Origin: Lama guanicoe
Taxonomy: Eukaryota
Assembly (NCBI GenBank): GCA_013239625.1
Contig: MU055785.1
Coordinates: 6,076,001 to 6,140,000, forward strand
Direction: 5' to 3'
DNA length: 64,000 bases
Made by a program: the position numbers and the translations under genes. The notes beneath the pieces were generated by a model that was not told the DNA's origin, made no database searches, and worked only from the letters and a program-made list of their open reading frames with translations. Positions 51,621-64,000 of the stretch are shown piece by piece; the stretch's first letter is position 1, and each line of letters begins with the position of its first letter.

Positions 51621-51710
51621 TGTTACTGATCCTTTCGAATTGGGCCCCAACGAGGACCTGATTTTGTTTGAGCCAATAGATTGAGACCAAATTTGGCTCA
51701 GGAGCAGGAG
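51621..51710 (-). mobile_element. Truncated 5' LTR (U5 end only), adjoining a degenerate PBS at about 51598-51616
   Basis: tgttactgatcctttcgaattgggccccaac...agccaataga aligns to 3' LTR 46822-46918 at roughly 70-75% identity by eye. Confidence 0.8.
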
Positions 51711-52734
51711 AATTGGGTGGCAGGCTGCATTTGGCTCATGAGGCGTAGTTTGTCTACTCCAGGTCATTGGTTAACCTTAAATGTCAATAGTAATAGTTTA
51801 ACAATGGTACATGGCTTGAGAATTTGCTAAGTGTCAGGTGCTATGTTAAGTGTGCTTCACTGTAACAACATTACGTGTATAACACGGCTTTCCAGCGGAC
51901 TTTCTTGAGTGGGGAAGGAGAGAGTGGCATTGCAGCTACTTTTCCAAGACTTGAGCGTAGCTATGGGTGGTGCCACCCTATGGACATCACCCATTCTTTG
52001 TCTCTTTTTAAGAAAATCTTGAAACAGTTGGCCACCTGTCAGACTCACCAAATGCCAAGCAAGAAGTCATCAAGTCCAGTCCTGCCACTTTATTAAAAAG
52101 CGTCTGAGTCTTACAGGCACCCAAACACAGCAGCCATCCTGCCACCTCTCCTGACCCCAGTCACCACTGCCTTCACCCATCCTCAGTGACCATTCAGCTT
52201 CTGGTCACAAATTGGCAAGTGGGATCACAGAAAACCAAGTGGCCCTGGGTCAACAGAGCATCCTGCCCAACAAGGGAACATGTGACTAACAGTGACTCTC
52301 TCTGGGGGAGAGACAAATTTAATAGGCATCTGGGCAGGGAACACTGCCCTGTTTATTGATGGAAAACTATTTGCCAGATTAAGAGCTCTTTGGGGACCTT
52401 TGAAGATGTTTGGCAAGGCCCAGTCCCAAAAGCTGAGAAAAAAATCCTGCAGGCCTCTGAAAACTGAGCAGCCAAAAGGTTACCTCCCCAGAAGCCTATT
52501 AAGGGAGCAGCATGAAAAGTTCCCCATCCAAGGAGGATACGTGGGAGTGACTTATGTCTTTAAGAGATGCCCCTCCTCCAGGAATTAGTCAAGCACTCCA
52601 ACCTGGCCCTGCAACTTCTTCTTTGGAGCATTTTGCACAACTTTCATTAGTCATTTGTATGTATTTTATACCCACAAGCCCAAGCCTGTTTGCTGTGCTG
52701 TGCTAGCCCAGTGCCAAGCACATGGTAAAAACTT

Positions 52735-53480
52735 ACCGACCACAATGAAATACCACGTCACACCCATTAGGATGGCTCCTATCGAAAGAAACAGAAAATA
52801 GCGAGTACTGGTGAGGATGTAAGAAATTGGAACCTTTGTTCATGGTCAGTGGTGAATGGTGCAGCNNNNNNNNNNNNNNNNNNNNNNNNNNNNNNNNNNN
52901 NNNNNNNNNNNNNNNNNNNNNNNNNNNNNNNNNNNNNNNNNNNNNNNNNNNNNNNNNNNNNNNNNNNNNNNNNNNNNNNNNNNNNNNNNNNNNNNNNNNN
53001 NNNNNNNNNNNNNNNNNNNNNNNNNNNNNNNNNNNNNNNNNNNAGCATCTATCAGCGGGTGAGTAGATAAACAAGATGTGGTACATACATGAAATGAATA
53101 TAATTCACCCTTCAAAAGGAAGGAAATTCCGACACGTGCTACAACATGGGTGAACTTTTAGAGACATTATGTTTAAGTGAAATAAGCCAGTCACGAAAAG
53201 ATAAATATTGTATGATTTCACTTATATAAAGTAGCTAAAGTAGTCATAGTTTGTACAAACAGAAAGTAGAATGGATGTTGCCAGGGCTAGGAAGAAGGGG
53301 AATGAGAGTTGTTTGATGGGTTTAGAGCTTCAGTTTTGCAAGATGAAGAAGTTCTGGAGATCAGTTCCACAACAATGTAAAATCCTTAACATTACTGAAC
53401 TGTACATTTTAAAAATGGTTAAGATGGTAAAGTTTCTGTGTTATTTTACCACAATTTTTAAAAGTGAATTAAAAAAAAAC
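52735..53480 (+). mobile_element. L1MB-like 3' fragment (with gap)
   Basis: cacaatgaaataccac...gtgaggatgt...aagtgaaataagccagtcac...aaaatggttaagatggtaa. Confidence 0.8.
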
Positions 53481-53789
53481 TTCTTGAATAAATGAAGATC
53501 ACTGCTGGGGAGACTGTCAGCTATGTGGAACAAAATCCAATGCAAGCCTACTTAAACCAAAAGGAAATTTTATTGTCTCAAGTGACCAAAAAAATCCCAA
53601 GGAAGATGCTTCAGGTATAACAGGATCCAGGTGTTCAAGTGATACTATCAGGTATCTGTCCCCATCTCAGCCCTGCTTTCCCTACACTGTGGGGAAGCTG
53701 GGCACACAAAGTTGTGGAAGATGAATTTGCTCTTCATTAATAGATGTTTCTCTCTGAATTGGACATCAAGTGGAGACTATTTTTCTTCC

Positions 53790-54552
53790 ATTTAAAAAAA
53801 TTGAAGTATAGTTGATTTACAACAGTGTGTTTGTCTCTGGTGTATAGCAAAGTGATTCAGATACCTGTATACACACATATATAAATATATATGTGTATAT
53901 ATTCTTTTTCATATTCTTTTCCTTGATGGTTTATTGCAGGGTGCTGAATATAGTTCCATGTGCTATACAATAGTAGGACTTTGTTGTTTATCTATTTTAT
54001 ATATCGTAGTTTCTATCTGCTAATCCTAATTTTCTAATTTATCTCTTCCCCACCTCCTTTCCCCTTTGGTAACCATAAGTTTATTTTCTATGTCTGTGAG
54101 TCTGTTTCTGTTTTGTAAATAAGTTCATTTGTATTATATTTCAGACTCCACATGTAAGTGATATCATATTGTATTTGGCTTTCTCTTTCTCACTCCTTAC
54201 TTAGTGTGATAATCTCTAGGTCCATCCATGTTGCTGCAAACAGCATTATTTCATTCTTTTTTAGGGCTGAGTTGTATTCTACCATGTAAATATACTGTAA
54301 CTTCTTTATTCATTCATCTGTTGGTGGACATTTAGGTTCCACATCTTGGCTATTGTGAACAGTGCTGCTATGAACACTAAGGTGCATGTATCTTTTCAAA
54401 TTAGAGTTCTCTCTGGATATATGCCCAGGAGTGGGATTGCTGGGTCATATGGTAACTCCATTATTAGTTTTTCAAGGAACCACTATACTGTCTTCCATAG
54501 TGGTACATTCCCAACATCAGTGTAGGAGGGTTCCCTTTTCTCCACACCCTCT
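53790..54552 (-). mobile_element. L1 3' fragment
   Basis: ttgaagtatagttgatttacaa...ctctaggtccatccatgttgctgcaaa...gggttcccttttctccacaccct. Confidence 0.85.
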
Positions 54553-55249
54553 TGGAGACTACTTTAAAGTCTTCTCAGGCTCACCTCACACTCCAGCCAC
54601 TGCAGTTGTAGCCATTTCCACAGAAGGTTCTGACCAATGACAGTGGCAGCTGGACAGGGTCTCACCTCAGCTGCAGTGCACTCTTCTTATTTCCTTCCCA
54701 TGGACTTCCCTGATGTTCTGGGGTCTGCGTTTGAGTTCTTCTAATGTCTGGTCAGGATTTTGCATACATCATCCTTTCCATCAAATGGAAAAGGAACCAG
54801 GGCATTTATCCACATCTCCTGGTAAGCATTGGTTGAGGGCTGCTCCCAGGGGTATTAACACCCCAGTACTTTCAGCCTGCCCAGTTTGCAAGCAAAGAAT
54901 GCTCACTGTGAGATGGAGAAAATACCAGTGGGCGGGAAGAGGAAGGGAAGAGTGTGACTGAAGATGGACAGCACGAGGGATTTTTTCAAGAGTGATGAGA
55001 CTCATGGTGGTGGTGATCACACGGATCCATACATGTGGTACAGTTCCTAGAACTGAACAGTCCTCAAAGCCAGTTTTTCTGGGCATTAATTTAAAAAAGA
55101 ACTTAGATCAACACAATGTAAGGGGGGGAAAAGAAATGGACAAGAAATAATAGCCTGCTTAAATAATCAGGAAATTTTGAAAAGTGAGGAAGTGGTACTA
55201 CTAGAAATTTTTTATCTTAATCTGGTGATGTAAAGCCCAGAGGATGGGC

Positions 55250-56000
55250 TAAAGGCGGTTTCAACCTAGTTAAATAGAAAATTGATAAACTGAGAAATCC
55301 TAAAGAAATTACCCAAAAAGCCACATGGAGACATGGAGCTAAGATATATGAAATAAATATTAAGTGACATAGAAGATAGTTAGGGAGGGCCTAACATATC
55401 TAATCAGAGTATGTGTGAAGAATGGAGAGAATGGAAAACAGATAATATTTGGAGATATGATGGTCACCGTTTTCCAGCGTTTTATTACAATGATGTGAAT
55501 CTGGCGGTTAGGAAGTCCAGCATATCCCAACCAGAATAGATAAAGGTCTTACTATATGTGTTGTCGTAAAATTACAAATAGCAAAACAAAGATCTTAAAA
55601 GCAGCCGAAAGAAAAGGAAGGTCATTTGTGAAGGAAAGACAAGTAGACAGACACATCTCAGCAGTAACACTGAAAGGCAGCTGAGACTGGAATAACAGCT
55701 TTAAAATACAAAGCAAAAGTAACTGTCAGACTATTATTGTGTACTCAGAAAAAACATCTTTCAAGAATGTGGACTACATAGAGACATTTCCAAAAATCAA
55801 AGTCCAGAAGGATTTATTACCAACAGATCCCATTAATATAATTTCTAAAAGATACATTTTAAAAAGAATTTCATAGAGAAAATCTGAAATATAAGAAGGA
55901 ACAATACCAACAGCATTGGTAAATAGGAAAATATAAATATCTATAAAAATAAACATAGCAGTAATACTTTGTGGGATATAAAAATAGGCTGACAATATTG
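55250..56000 (+). mobile_element. Old L1 ORF1-region remnant
   Basis: A-rich; ctaacatatctaatcagagt, aagatcttaaaagcagcc, gatttattaccaacaga. Confidence 0.6.
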
Positions 56001-56276
56001 TCATGGGAATGTGAGCACTCCCCAANNNNNNNNNNNNNNNNNNNNNNNNNNNNNNNNNNNNNNNNNNNNNNNNNNNNNNNNNNNNNNNNNNNNNNNNNNN
56101 NNNNNNNNNNNNNNNNNNNNNNNNNNNNNNNNNNNNNNNNNNNNNNNNNNNNNNACACAATCTGCTCTTGGTTGCCTCCGCAGATGCAGAACTGCCGATA
56201 TGTAGGGTCATTCTAAAGTTATTTGGGGATTTTTGACTGCCCCCAACCCACGTGTTCTTCAAGGGTCAACTGTATG

Positions 56277-56307
<31 letters not shown>

Positions 56308-57273
56308 GTGTGTGTATATGAAAATATTCAGCCATAAAAAGAAGGCAATCCTGCCATTTAGATTTTTGGACAACATGAATGAAGCTTGAGGGCATTATGC
56401 TAAATGAAATAAGCCAGACAAAGAAAAGACAAATACTCTATGATCTCACTTATATGTGGAATCTCAAAAAGCCAGACTCACAGGAATAGAGAGTTCATTG
56501 ATAATTGCCAGGAGCTAGGGGGTGGGAGAAATGAGGAGATATTGGTCAAAGAATGCAAACTTCTAGTTATAAGAGGAATAAGTTCTGGGGATCTGATGTA
56601 CAGCATGGTGACAACTGTTAACAACACTGTGTTGTATAGTTGAAAGTTACTAAGAGAGTAGATCTTAAATGTTCTCATCACAGCAACAACAAATGATAAT
56701 TCTAGGAGGGGAAGGATGTGTTAACAACCTAATTGTGGTAATCACTTCTCAATATATAAGTATATCGAATTATAATATTGTACACCTCAAACTGACACAG
56801 CATTACATGTCAACAATATATCAATAAATCTGGAAAAATATCAATAATACAAATTAAACTTAAAAGAAGTCATCACATTACAAATAACAAAAAAGAGGAA
56901 ATATGCTTTCAGTATTTGAAATTGTCCTCCAGTTCAGCAAACCTGAGGGAATCCATCCACAAAGTAGATTCTTCAGGTAGAAGACTGTTCTGTGGTTACA
57001 GAGATTGACAGTGAGGAAATTCTGCAAGGTGAGACAAACAGGCCAACCACTGGAGCAGACCCACACGTATTTAGACATTTGATTGATGACAAATTACTAA
57101 CTGTGCTCTAGTAGTTAGATACCCACATGAAAAGGAATGTCGACCTCTGTCTCATCCCACTCACTAAATGTCCTGTTTTCACAAAGGAAGCTGAGACTTG
57201 GATTCACAACCAGGAGGCTTGGATTCACAACCAGCACTTCAGCTGTTGACAGGATTAAGAAATTGCACCTTTG

Positions 57274-57369
57274 CGGGGGTTGGGGTACAGCTCAGTTGGT
57301 AGAGCTCATGCTAAGCATGCATGAAGTACTTGGTTCAATTGCCAGTACCTCCATTTTAAAAAAATAAAT
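57274..57369 (+). mobile_element. Camelid tRNA-derived SINE with perfect 17-bp TSD
   Basis: A and B boxes (tacagctcagttggtagagc; ggttcaattgcc); AAGAAATTGCACCTTTG at 57257-57273 and 57370-57386; TT/AAGA L1 endonuclease site. Confidence 0.9.
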
Positions 57370-57737
57370 AAGAAATTGCACCTTTGGCTTGGAAATTAGG
57401 TTTTCAGAGTGGGGATCATCAGCCATGAGTTGTCCCCAAATGGCTCCACAGCAGAGTCCCAGAGCTAATGCGTACGAACCTAGGAGACGCATCGTGACTG
57501 CAGCTGGCAGACTTGTCTGTGAGCATATGTGACACTCCGCCAGGGTCTCCCATATGGGAGCGGAGGATCCCCTGCCGTAATCTGGAAGTTCTGGGTGAGC
57601 AGGTGGAAGCAAAGGCCACTTGGCTGTTACTGTTAGTGTCTCCAGCTGAGCCCACAGGAACACAAACCTGTCAGCTCCCCATTGGTCTGAATCAGGTCTT
57701 ACCTACCTCTGTGTCCTCAATGCCTGGCACAGGTAAG

Positions 57738-58117
57738 GGTATTCTTTTTCTCGGGCTGTCATAACAAGGTACTGTAGACTGACTGGCTCAAACACAGAAA
57801 TTTATTTCCTCGTGGTTCCGGAGGCTGGAACTCTGTCAGCATGGTTGGTTTCTTCCGAGGCCTCTCTCCTTGACGTATAGAAAACCGTGTCTTTACANNN
57901 NNNNNNNNNNNNNNNNNNNNNNNNNNNNNNNNNNNNNNNNNNNNNNNNNNNNNNNNNNNNNNNNNNNNNNNNNNNNNNNNNNNNNNNNNNNNNNNNNNNN
58001 NNNNNNNNNNNNNNNNNNNNNNNNNNNNNNNNNNNNTGTTCTGTTTTGAGGTCCTGGTGGGGGTATAGTTGGGACCTCAATATATGGGAGTGGGGGTGAC
58101 ACAACACAGCCCATAAG
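57738..58117 (-). mobile_element. MLT1A-like LTR (with gap)
   Basis: gggctgtcataacaagg...cagaaatttatttcctc...ggaggctggaa. Confidence 0.72.
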
Positions 58118-61100
58118 AGTAGCCATTTGATAATCTATGCTAAGTAAATAAATGAATGAATGAGCGAATGATAGAAGCCTCCAATACAACATCTCTTCCG
58201 TGAAAGAAGATCTCAGTCCCAGCTCCCTGAGCTGAGAATATGTGGGCATTTATGATGGTCCTGGACCCCTCCCCTTCAGCCAGTGAACACAGTGTAGAGT
58301 GCAGCCATCCCCAGGGGGACACCAGGCAGCCAAGCTAAGTGCTCATACAGTCTACTTGTTAATGGCTACTGCCTTGGTATCTTCAGTTTTCCAGCACTAA
58401 ACATTGAGACCAGATCTCCAAGTGCCAAAGAGGCTCCAGGAGTCACCTTCAGTCACCTTTTGAAATTAACACTTACTAGTCCCCCAGTCCTGAAGAAAAC
58501 ATTTCGGCACACACAACTATCACCCTAAGAAAGACTTTCATAGTCAGGATATGAGGTAGGAGGATGAACTCGCTGCTCCAAGACCTGCAAGCCATTTATT
58601 TTCTCATTTTCCAGGTCAATACAGCCATTATGGCCAGAGTCCTAATTTCAAAGATGCAGTTCCGTTGTCTTCACATGTATCCTTGTGATCAGTGGAACAC
58701 ATGCCCAAGTTTTGGTAGCTGAGGAAATGATGATAAAAGGTTTGGGTACCAGAATGCTAAACATGTCCCTCCTCTCTAAAGATCTCATCGGTCAATAAAT
58801 ATGAATGCTTTAAAGTTAATCATCTCAATGGTCCCTTCGAGTCTGAGATTTGCTTATCTCTAGATACCTGGTTTATTTAAAAATAATTATGGCTCTGATA
58901 ACCATATACCACTTCATATTTATTCATTCATTCTTCTGATCAATATTCATTCAATATTCTTTCATCTGATCAATATTTACTGACTGTGTACTCTGTGCTA
59001 AGCTCGGTTCTAAGATCAGATACACAACAGTGAAAGAAGGTTTTTGCTACCATAAAACTTATATATTAGTGGGCAAGATAGATGCTAAGTAAATAATGGG
59101 AATACAAATAATTGAAAAATATAATTGAAAACCACGTGAAGATCACAGGTATCGTCGTTCAGCTGGAGGGATTATACAAAAGCCCTGAGGCAACAATAAG
59201 AGTTTTTAGAGGAACAGAAAAAAGGTCCAGTGTGGCTCCAAGTATCAAAAGTTCAGTAATGAAATGTTCTGTCATTTGGTTTAAGCTGAAATCTCCCAAG
59301 TATTTGGGGATTAGGAAAGGACATTTACTCTTGTAAACAAATGACTTCTCCATTATCCTTTTCATGGGTTTCAGTTTGGATCGTGGCTCTTAGGCGTCTG
59401 TCCTCTAACTTGAAGCATCCAAATGGTTTTAGCTCATCTCATGCCTCCTCAAGTCCCCTTGATAAAAGTGACTTTGTCTTTTTTGAACTCCCATTACTTA
59501 GCACTTACTGAGCACTTGTCACGTGTCAGGTACCATGCATAGCACTTCACATGCATTAACTCCCCAACCTCGTTAGTGACCGTACCATTTTATAGGCAAG
59601 AAAACTGAGGCTCAGAGACCGGATGACTTGTCCAAAGTCACCCCAGAAAGAAGTGGAAGAGCAGGGATTCGACTCATCCAGGCGTGTACGTGCCACTTTG
59701 GGCTGTACTATATTGGCTGCTATTATTCTGTGTGTGATGTACATGACCCTTGACCTAAGTCAGTTCCTAAAGTCATGGAGAATCTCAGGGAGTCCTCCAG
59801 CTCTTCTAAGGGACCTTTCAGTTCTGCCATCTTACTGGTTCCAAATGCCATTTGGGACCAGAGCCACACTGACTTCATCTGGGTCTCAGGGGAAGATTTT
59901 TTTTTTAAATAGAGATGCTAGGATTTGAACCCAAGGTTACAAATTTATCTGCCTCTTTTGGAAAGTTCCCCAGGTGATTCTGGTGAGTAGCCAGGAAGAG
60001 GTCAGGTTTATGCAGCCTGGCCTTCCTGACATGAGCAGCCTGTGCTGGGAAACTTTCAGAAGTGGAGAGTCCATTACATACCAGTTTGATTTGTGCTGAT
60101 ATTTGGAACCTTCTTTCTTGTTTGCCTGAACTCTACTCTTCCCAAACTTTGGTCACCTGAAAAAATGAGTCATCCGGTGTCAAGCAATACCATATGGTTG
60201 AAAACTCTCATAGCTGTTCAGCAATATCACATCCTATTTCCTGGAAATGTGCTGCTTTGTTTTGGTTTTTGAAAGGAAAAAAAAAAGCAACAGTCAGAGC
60301 TTCTCAGAATGCAAATCATAAGACAAAAGAAAAGCATTGTGTGCCTCATTATATCCAGTTTGCAGGAAAGGTCAAAAGTACAGAAAGAAGGGAGAGAGGT
60401 GGAAAGAGCAGTGGGGGAGGAGGCAGTTGATAGGGACAGAAAGAGAAGGGAGAAAGAGCAGGTCAAACGCGCGCTCTACCGTGGTTCTGAATTTTAAAAA
60501 CCCATTTTCACTCTTACTCAGAAGAAACATAGAGCCCTCATTGGCCCAGAAGATCCAGGAAAGTTTTCATCCTTAATGCACAAAAATTCCCTAAGAGGCC
60601 CAGAAGAGCTGCTTTTTTGTTGGATCGTGGTGGAAAAGCCCACCCCGTCATGTATAATTGAAGACATTTAGGGCAGCATTACAACCCTTCCTGCTTCTCC
60701 ACAGCCTCCAAACCCTTGCTAATGTGCAGCTTTCCCAGGAAGCTCTCTGAAGCAATTAAAAAATGGTTATTCTGCTGTCTGGGAAGAGTCTGAGCTCATC
60801 CCAGCCTCTGTGTGGACTGCAGCAGCGCATTAAGTAGCTGTTCACGTCACTTGTATTCATTCTACAAACTTTCCTCAGACTGTGCTTGCTAACCACGTAG
60901 GTGAGGCTCGTTACTTTTTTTTTTTCCTTCAGAATAACACGATGCAAAGATTGTTTTCAATAAGCATTTCCTCTTCATTTATCCTGTTGATTTCTAATTT
61001 GCCCCATGTAGGAAATAAAATTATGTTGTGTGTGGTCTCTACCCCTCAGGAAAAATTTGTTCCTGAAATGTTAATGCTGGAATCTTCATCTTCCACATAG

Positions 61101-61315
61101 GAGACCTAATTTAATTAACAGCAAATGTTGGTACTAAATGGAGTGTTATTTTGCATTTGCAACTGTAATATACACAAGTCTCCAAAAATGGAAGGAAAAA
61201 AATGGTTACCTTACTAGGCTGTGTAGTTTGGAGCAGTGTTATTCAGTGTGTTTCACAGACCAGCAGCACCAGCAGGACCTAAGGTTTTGTAGGAATAAAA
61301 AACACTGCTTTAGAG

Positions 61316-61540
61316 CAGTGATGCCTGATTGAAGGGATTTTTGCCCCACCCTCCCCGGGGAAGCGCAGGGCAATATCTGGAGACATTTCTGGTTGTCACA
61401 GTTGGGTGTGCGGATGCTATTGGAATCTGGTGGGTGGAGGCCAGGGATGCTGTTCACCATCCTGTAAGGCACAGGATGGCCCCCGCAACAAGGAATGATC
61501 TGACCCAAAATGTCAGTAGTGCTGCTCTTGAGAAATTCTG
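61316..61540. mobile_element. MER20 hAT MITE
   Basis: ggcaatatctggagacatttctggttgtcaca...gaggccagggatgctg...ccaaaatgtcagtagtgc. Confidence 0.85.
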
Positions 61541-62337
61541 ATTAAAGGAAAGTGAATTGGAAATAGTGGGGTGGGAGTGGAGAAAGTAAAAAGAAAGTGT
61601 TTCAAGCCGATAAACCCTAGAAGTGAAAGAGAGAAGGAAACATCAGCGAGAGGGTCTTGGGCTGTGATTCTGGGGACTGTGCACCCTTAGGGACATCATT
61701 TAGTTTCACTTTACACATGTTATAAAATGAAGGGGGGAGAGATTGAACCAGAAGAAAGGGATTATTATGCCTGAGTTTCTTTTCAGAATAATATTTCCTC
61801 AGCTTTATTAATCCATAGATGCCCTTCCCTGTGTTTGCTGTTTCTGAGCGTCATTTTTGCTGTTTAAATTTGTACTTTAATTAACATATTTTCTATTTTT
61901 AAGACATGTTTTCAAAGGAAATGTTATGATTCTATCATTAGTTTATAGCCACTCCTACCTGTCATAACTGGAAGTAAACACCATTCATAGAAAACAGTGT
62001 ATTAAAGTCTAGCTAGATACCATTGCCTTGCCAAGACTTGCAGCCTGCGGCCAGCCCTGTCTTGGTTAAATGGGAAGTTAATGAGGGTTAGAGGAGTTAA
62101 AGGCTTGTTAGCGCCAACCTGAGAGCCTCTGTATCACCTTAAATGACTTTACACTTACCCCAGTGATGCATCTACACTTTGGAAGAGAGTGGCGTAGCGC
62201 TTAAGAGGGCAGACTTTGGAAGCACGTCCACCTGGGTCCCTGACTTAACCTTGATTCATTGACTGTAGGATATTGGGCAGGTGACTTCACCTTGCCAAAT
62301 CCCAGCTCCTCACTGGGAGTTAGAAGCAGACCGTAGG

Positions 62338-62823
62338 GTGTTATGGAAGGCAGCCTCCGAGGTGGCCCCCAGGGATCTCCATCTTCAGCCATTTGTGTTC
62401 TCGTACCTCCTGTCCCCTTAATGTGCGCTGGATGGAGTGACCACTGTAACCAGTAGCGTAGCAGTAAAGGGGGGGTGAGACTAGGTTGCAAGAGTCTCTC
62501 TCTTTCTCTCTCTCTCCTCCTACCCCTCTCCCACCCCAACCCGCTTCTTTTGGAGAAACAAGCTGCCATATCAGTAGTCAACAGAGACATAAGGCCAACC
62601 AACAGCCACGTGAGTGAGCCTGAAAGTGAATTCCCCCTGGTCAAGCCTTGAGATGACTGCAGCCCCAGCCTGAGGGAGGCCCTGACAGATTATTGATAAA
62701 AGCTGCACCAAAATTCTCAACCCATGAAAGCCATGACATAATACATATTTATGAGATAATATATATTTGTTTCAAGCTGCTGAATGTTTATATCATTTGT
62801 TATGTGCAACAGATAACAAATAC
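62338..62823 (+). mobile_element. MLT1F/H-like LTR
   Basis: ccaacagccacgtgagtgagc...gagatgactgcagcccc...caacagataacaaataca. Confidence 0.7.
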
Positions 62824-63289
62824 AGTCATGATGAGGGTTACATAAGATAATCGTCTTCTATTCAAGGAAGAAGTCCTGCTGGAAATATTGTGGAGGAAAT
62901 GCACAATACTGCTGGTATGAGCTAACCAATTTCATTATAGATATGAGTGGACAACCAGAGCTCCTCAGAGAACTAAGATGAAAATAGCACAACTGACCTA
63001 CAATCAAAAGAGAGAAACTATAAAAGAAAACATCCTTAAAGTTATAATTAGTAGTTTCAGAGAGATTCAAGAAGATACTCATTTTTAAATAAGAATAATA
63101 ATTATAGGCCCTAATAATACTGAAGATATCAGTAAATAAGAAGCTCTTAGAAATTAAAAATGTTATTACCTAAACATTTTTATGTAATATTTTATTTAAT
63201 AGACAGCCTGGAAATAAATTTCCCAAAGTCAGTTTTAATCACTATATTTAGCAACTCATTAGTGCAGCTGATCAGCACAGAAGAATGTT

Positions 63290-63595
63290 CATTGGCTCAC
63301 ATCATAATCTGGTTTAAAATGCTTCAAAGGTTTCCCGTTGCTCTTAGAATAAAATCCATGCTCCTTACCAGTGCTGGAAAGGTCCTACAAGGTCTGGCCT
63401 CTGCTACCTCATCTCCTACCCTCACTGGCCTTCTTTCTGTTTCTTCAGCATCCTGAGTTCTTTCCCACCATAGGGCCTTTGCACATGCCATTCCCATTGC
63501 CTGGAATGTTCTTCTCTCAGCTCTTCAAATGTCTGGCCTCTTCTTAGCCATCAGTTCTCCACTCAGATGTCACCTCCCCAAGGAGACCTTCTAAG
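63290..63595. mobile_element. L2 fragment
   Basis: cttagaataaaatcc...gggcctttgcacatgcc...ctcagatgtcacctcc. Confidence 0.75.
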
Positions 63596-64000
63596 TCAGC
63601 CTTGGACCCAACAGACCTCAGTTGACACATTCACATTAGAACATTAGAGGAAGGACTCTTTGCAGAGGTGTGGGGAACCACAGTGCAGTTCTCCAGGAGC
63701 AAAAGAGTGGCTGGCACCCCTCTTTCACACTTGGGAAGGGTATAATAAGAGCATTAGGTTTAAAAAAAAAATTCAAGATTCAGAATGATGCATACACTTT
63801 CATTGCAAGTGTATGAAATATACCTGAATATACTCAGGGATAGAAGGAGGCGTGGAAAATGTACTAGTAGGTTGAGGTATAGATTATTTCTTTCTAATTT
63901 CTATGATCCCTATTACAATATTTGCTGATTATTATGAGTGGTTTCTTGACCTGAAACAAATAGACTGCCAGGTATTTCTCCAGCAAAGATGGGTATGTTC

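Larger units (their letters stand above)
46822..51710 (-). mobile_element. Degenerate class I (ERV1, gamma-like) provirus: truncated 5' LTR, partial gag, pro, pol, no env, complete 3' LTR
   Basis: Minus-strand remnants of gag, protease, RT, RNase H and integrase in retroviral order, bounded by two related LTR U5 ends. Confidence 0.92.
4606..58036. other. Six N gaps: 4606-4740, 5205-5337, 11189-11336, 52866-53043, 56026-56154, 57898-58036
   Basis: Runs of n, all within or next to interspersed repeats. Confidence 0.98.

Noticed and set aside
57275-57350. tRNA-gene-like sequence with A and B boxes
   Set aside because: It has an A tail, a TSD and four relatives in the window, so it is a SINE, not a tRNA gene.
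4606-58036. Similar-sized N runs (129-178 nt) as a biological pattern
   Set aside because: All fall in or next to interspersed repeats, consistent with assembly gaps or masking.
1-64000. Most 60-190 aa ORFs in the supplied track (e.g. 628-1188, 3404-3979, 45821-46336)
   Set aside because: They lie in L2/MLT/L1/MIR repeats, span N gaps or use non-ATG starts. Only those overlapping CCDC60 exons or ERV remnants have recognisable content.

Overview
Mammalian genomic DNA, very probably camelid (alpaca or camel), judged from five copies of a tRNA-derived Vic-1-type SINE. The + strand carries the 3' part of CCDC60: 11 coding exons (1855-39014, exons 4-14 by recalled human numbering), all with GT-AG boundaries and consistent phases, a TAG stop and an AATAAA at 39293. 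The gene's 5' exons lie upstream of the window. The rest is intron and intergenic DNA rich in L1, L2, MIR, MLT1, MER DNA transposons and ERV1 solo LTRs, with six short N gaps. The most notable element is a decayed, env-less class I (gamma-like) provirus on the - strand (46822-~51710). Its complete 3' LTR keeps a CpG-island-like U3 promoter core, although its U5, the 5' LTR remnant and pol are heavily decayed. I found no evidence of a novel multi-gene system. Almost all ORFs in the supplied track are spurious. Repeat family names are from recall of consensus sequences and need RepeatMasker/Dfam confirmation.
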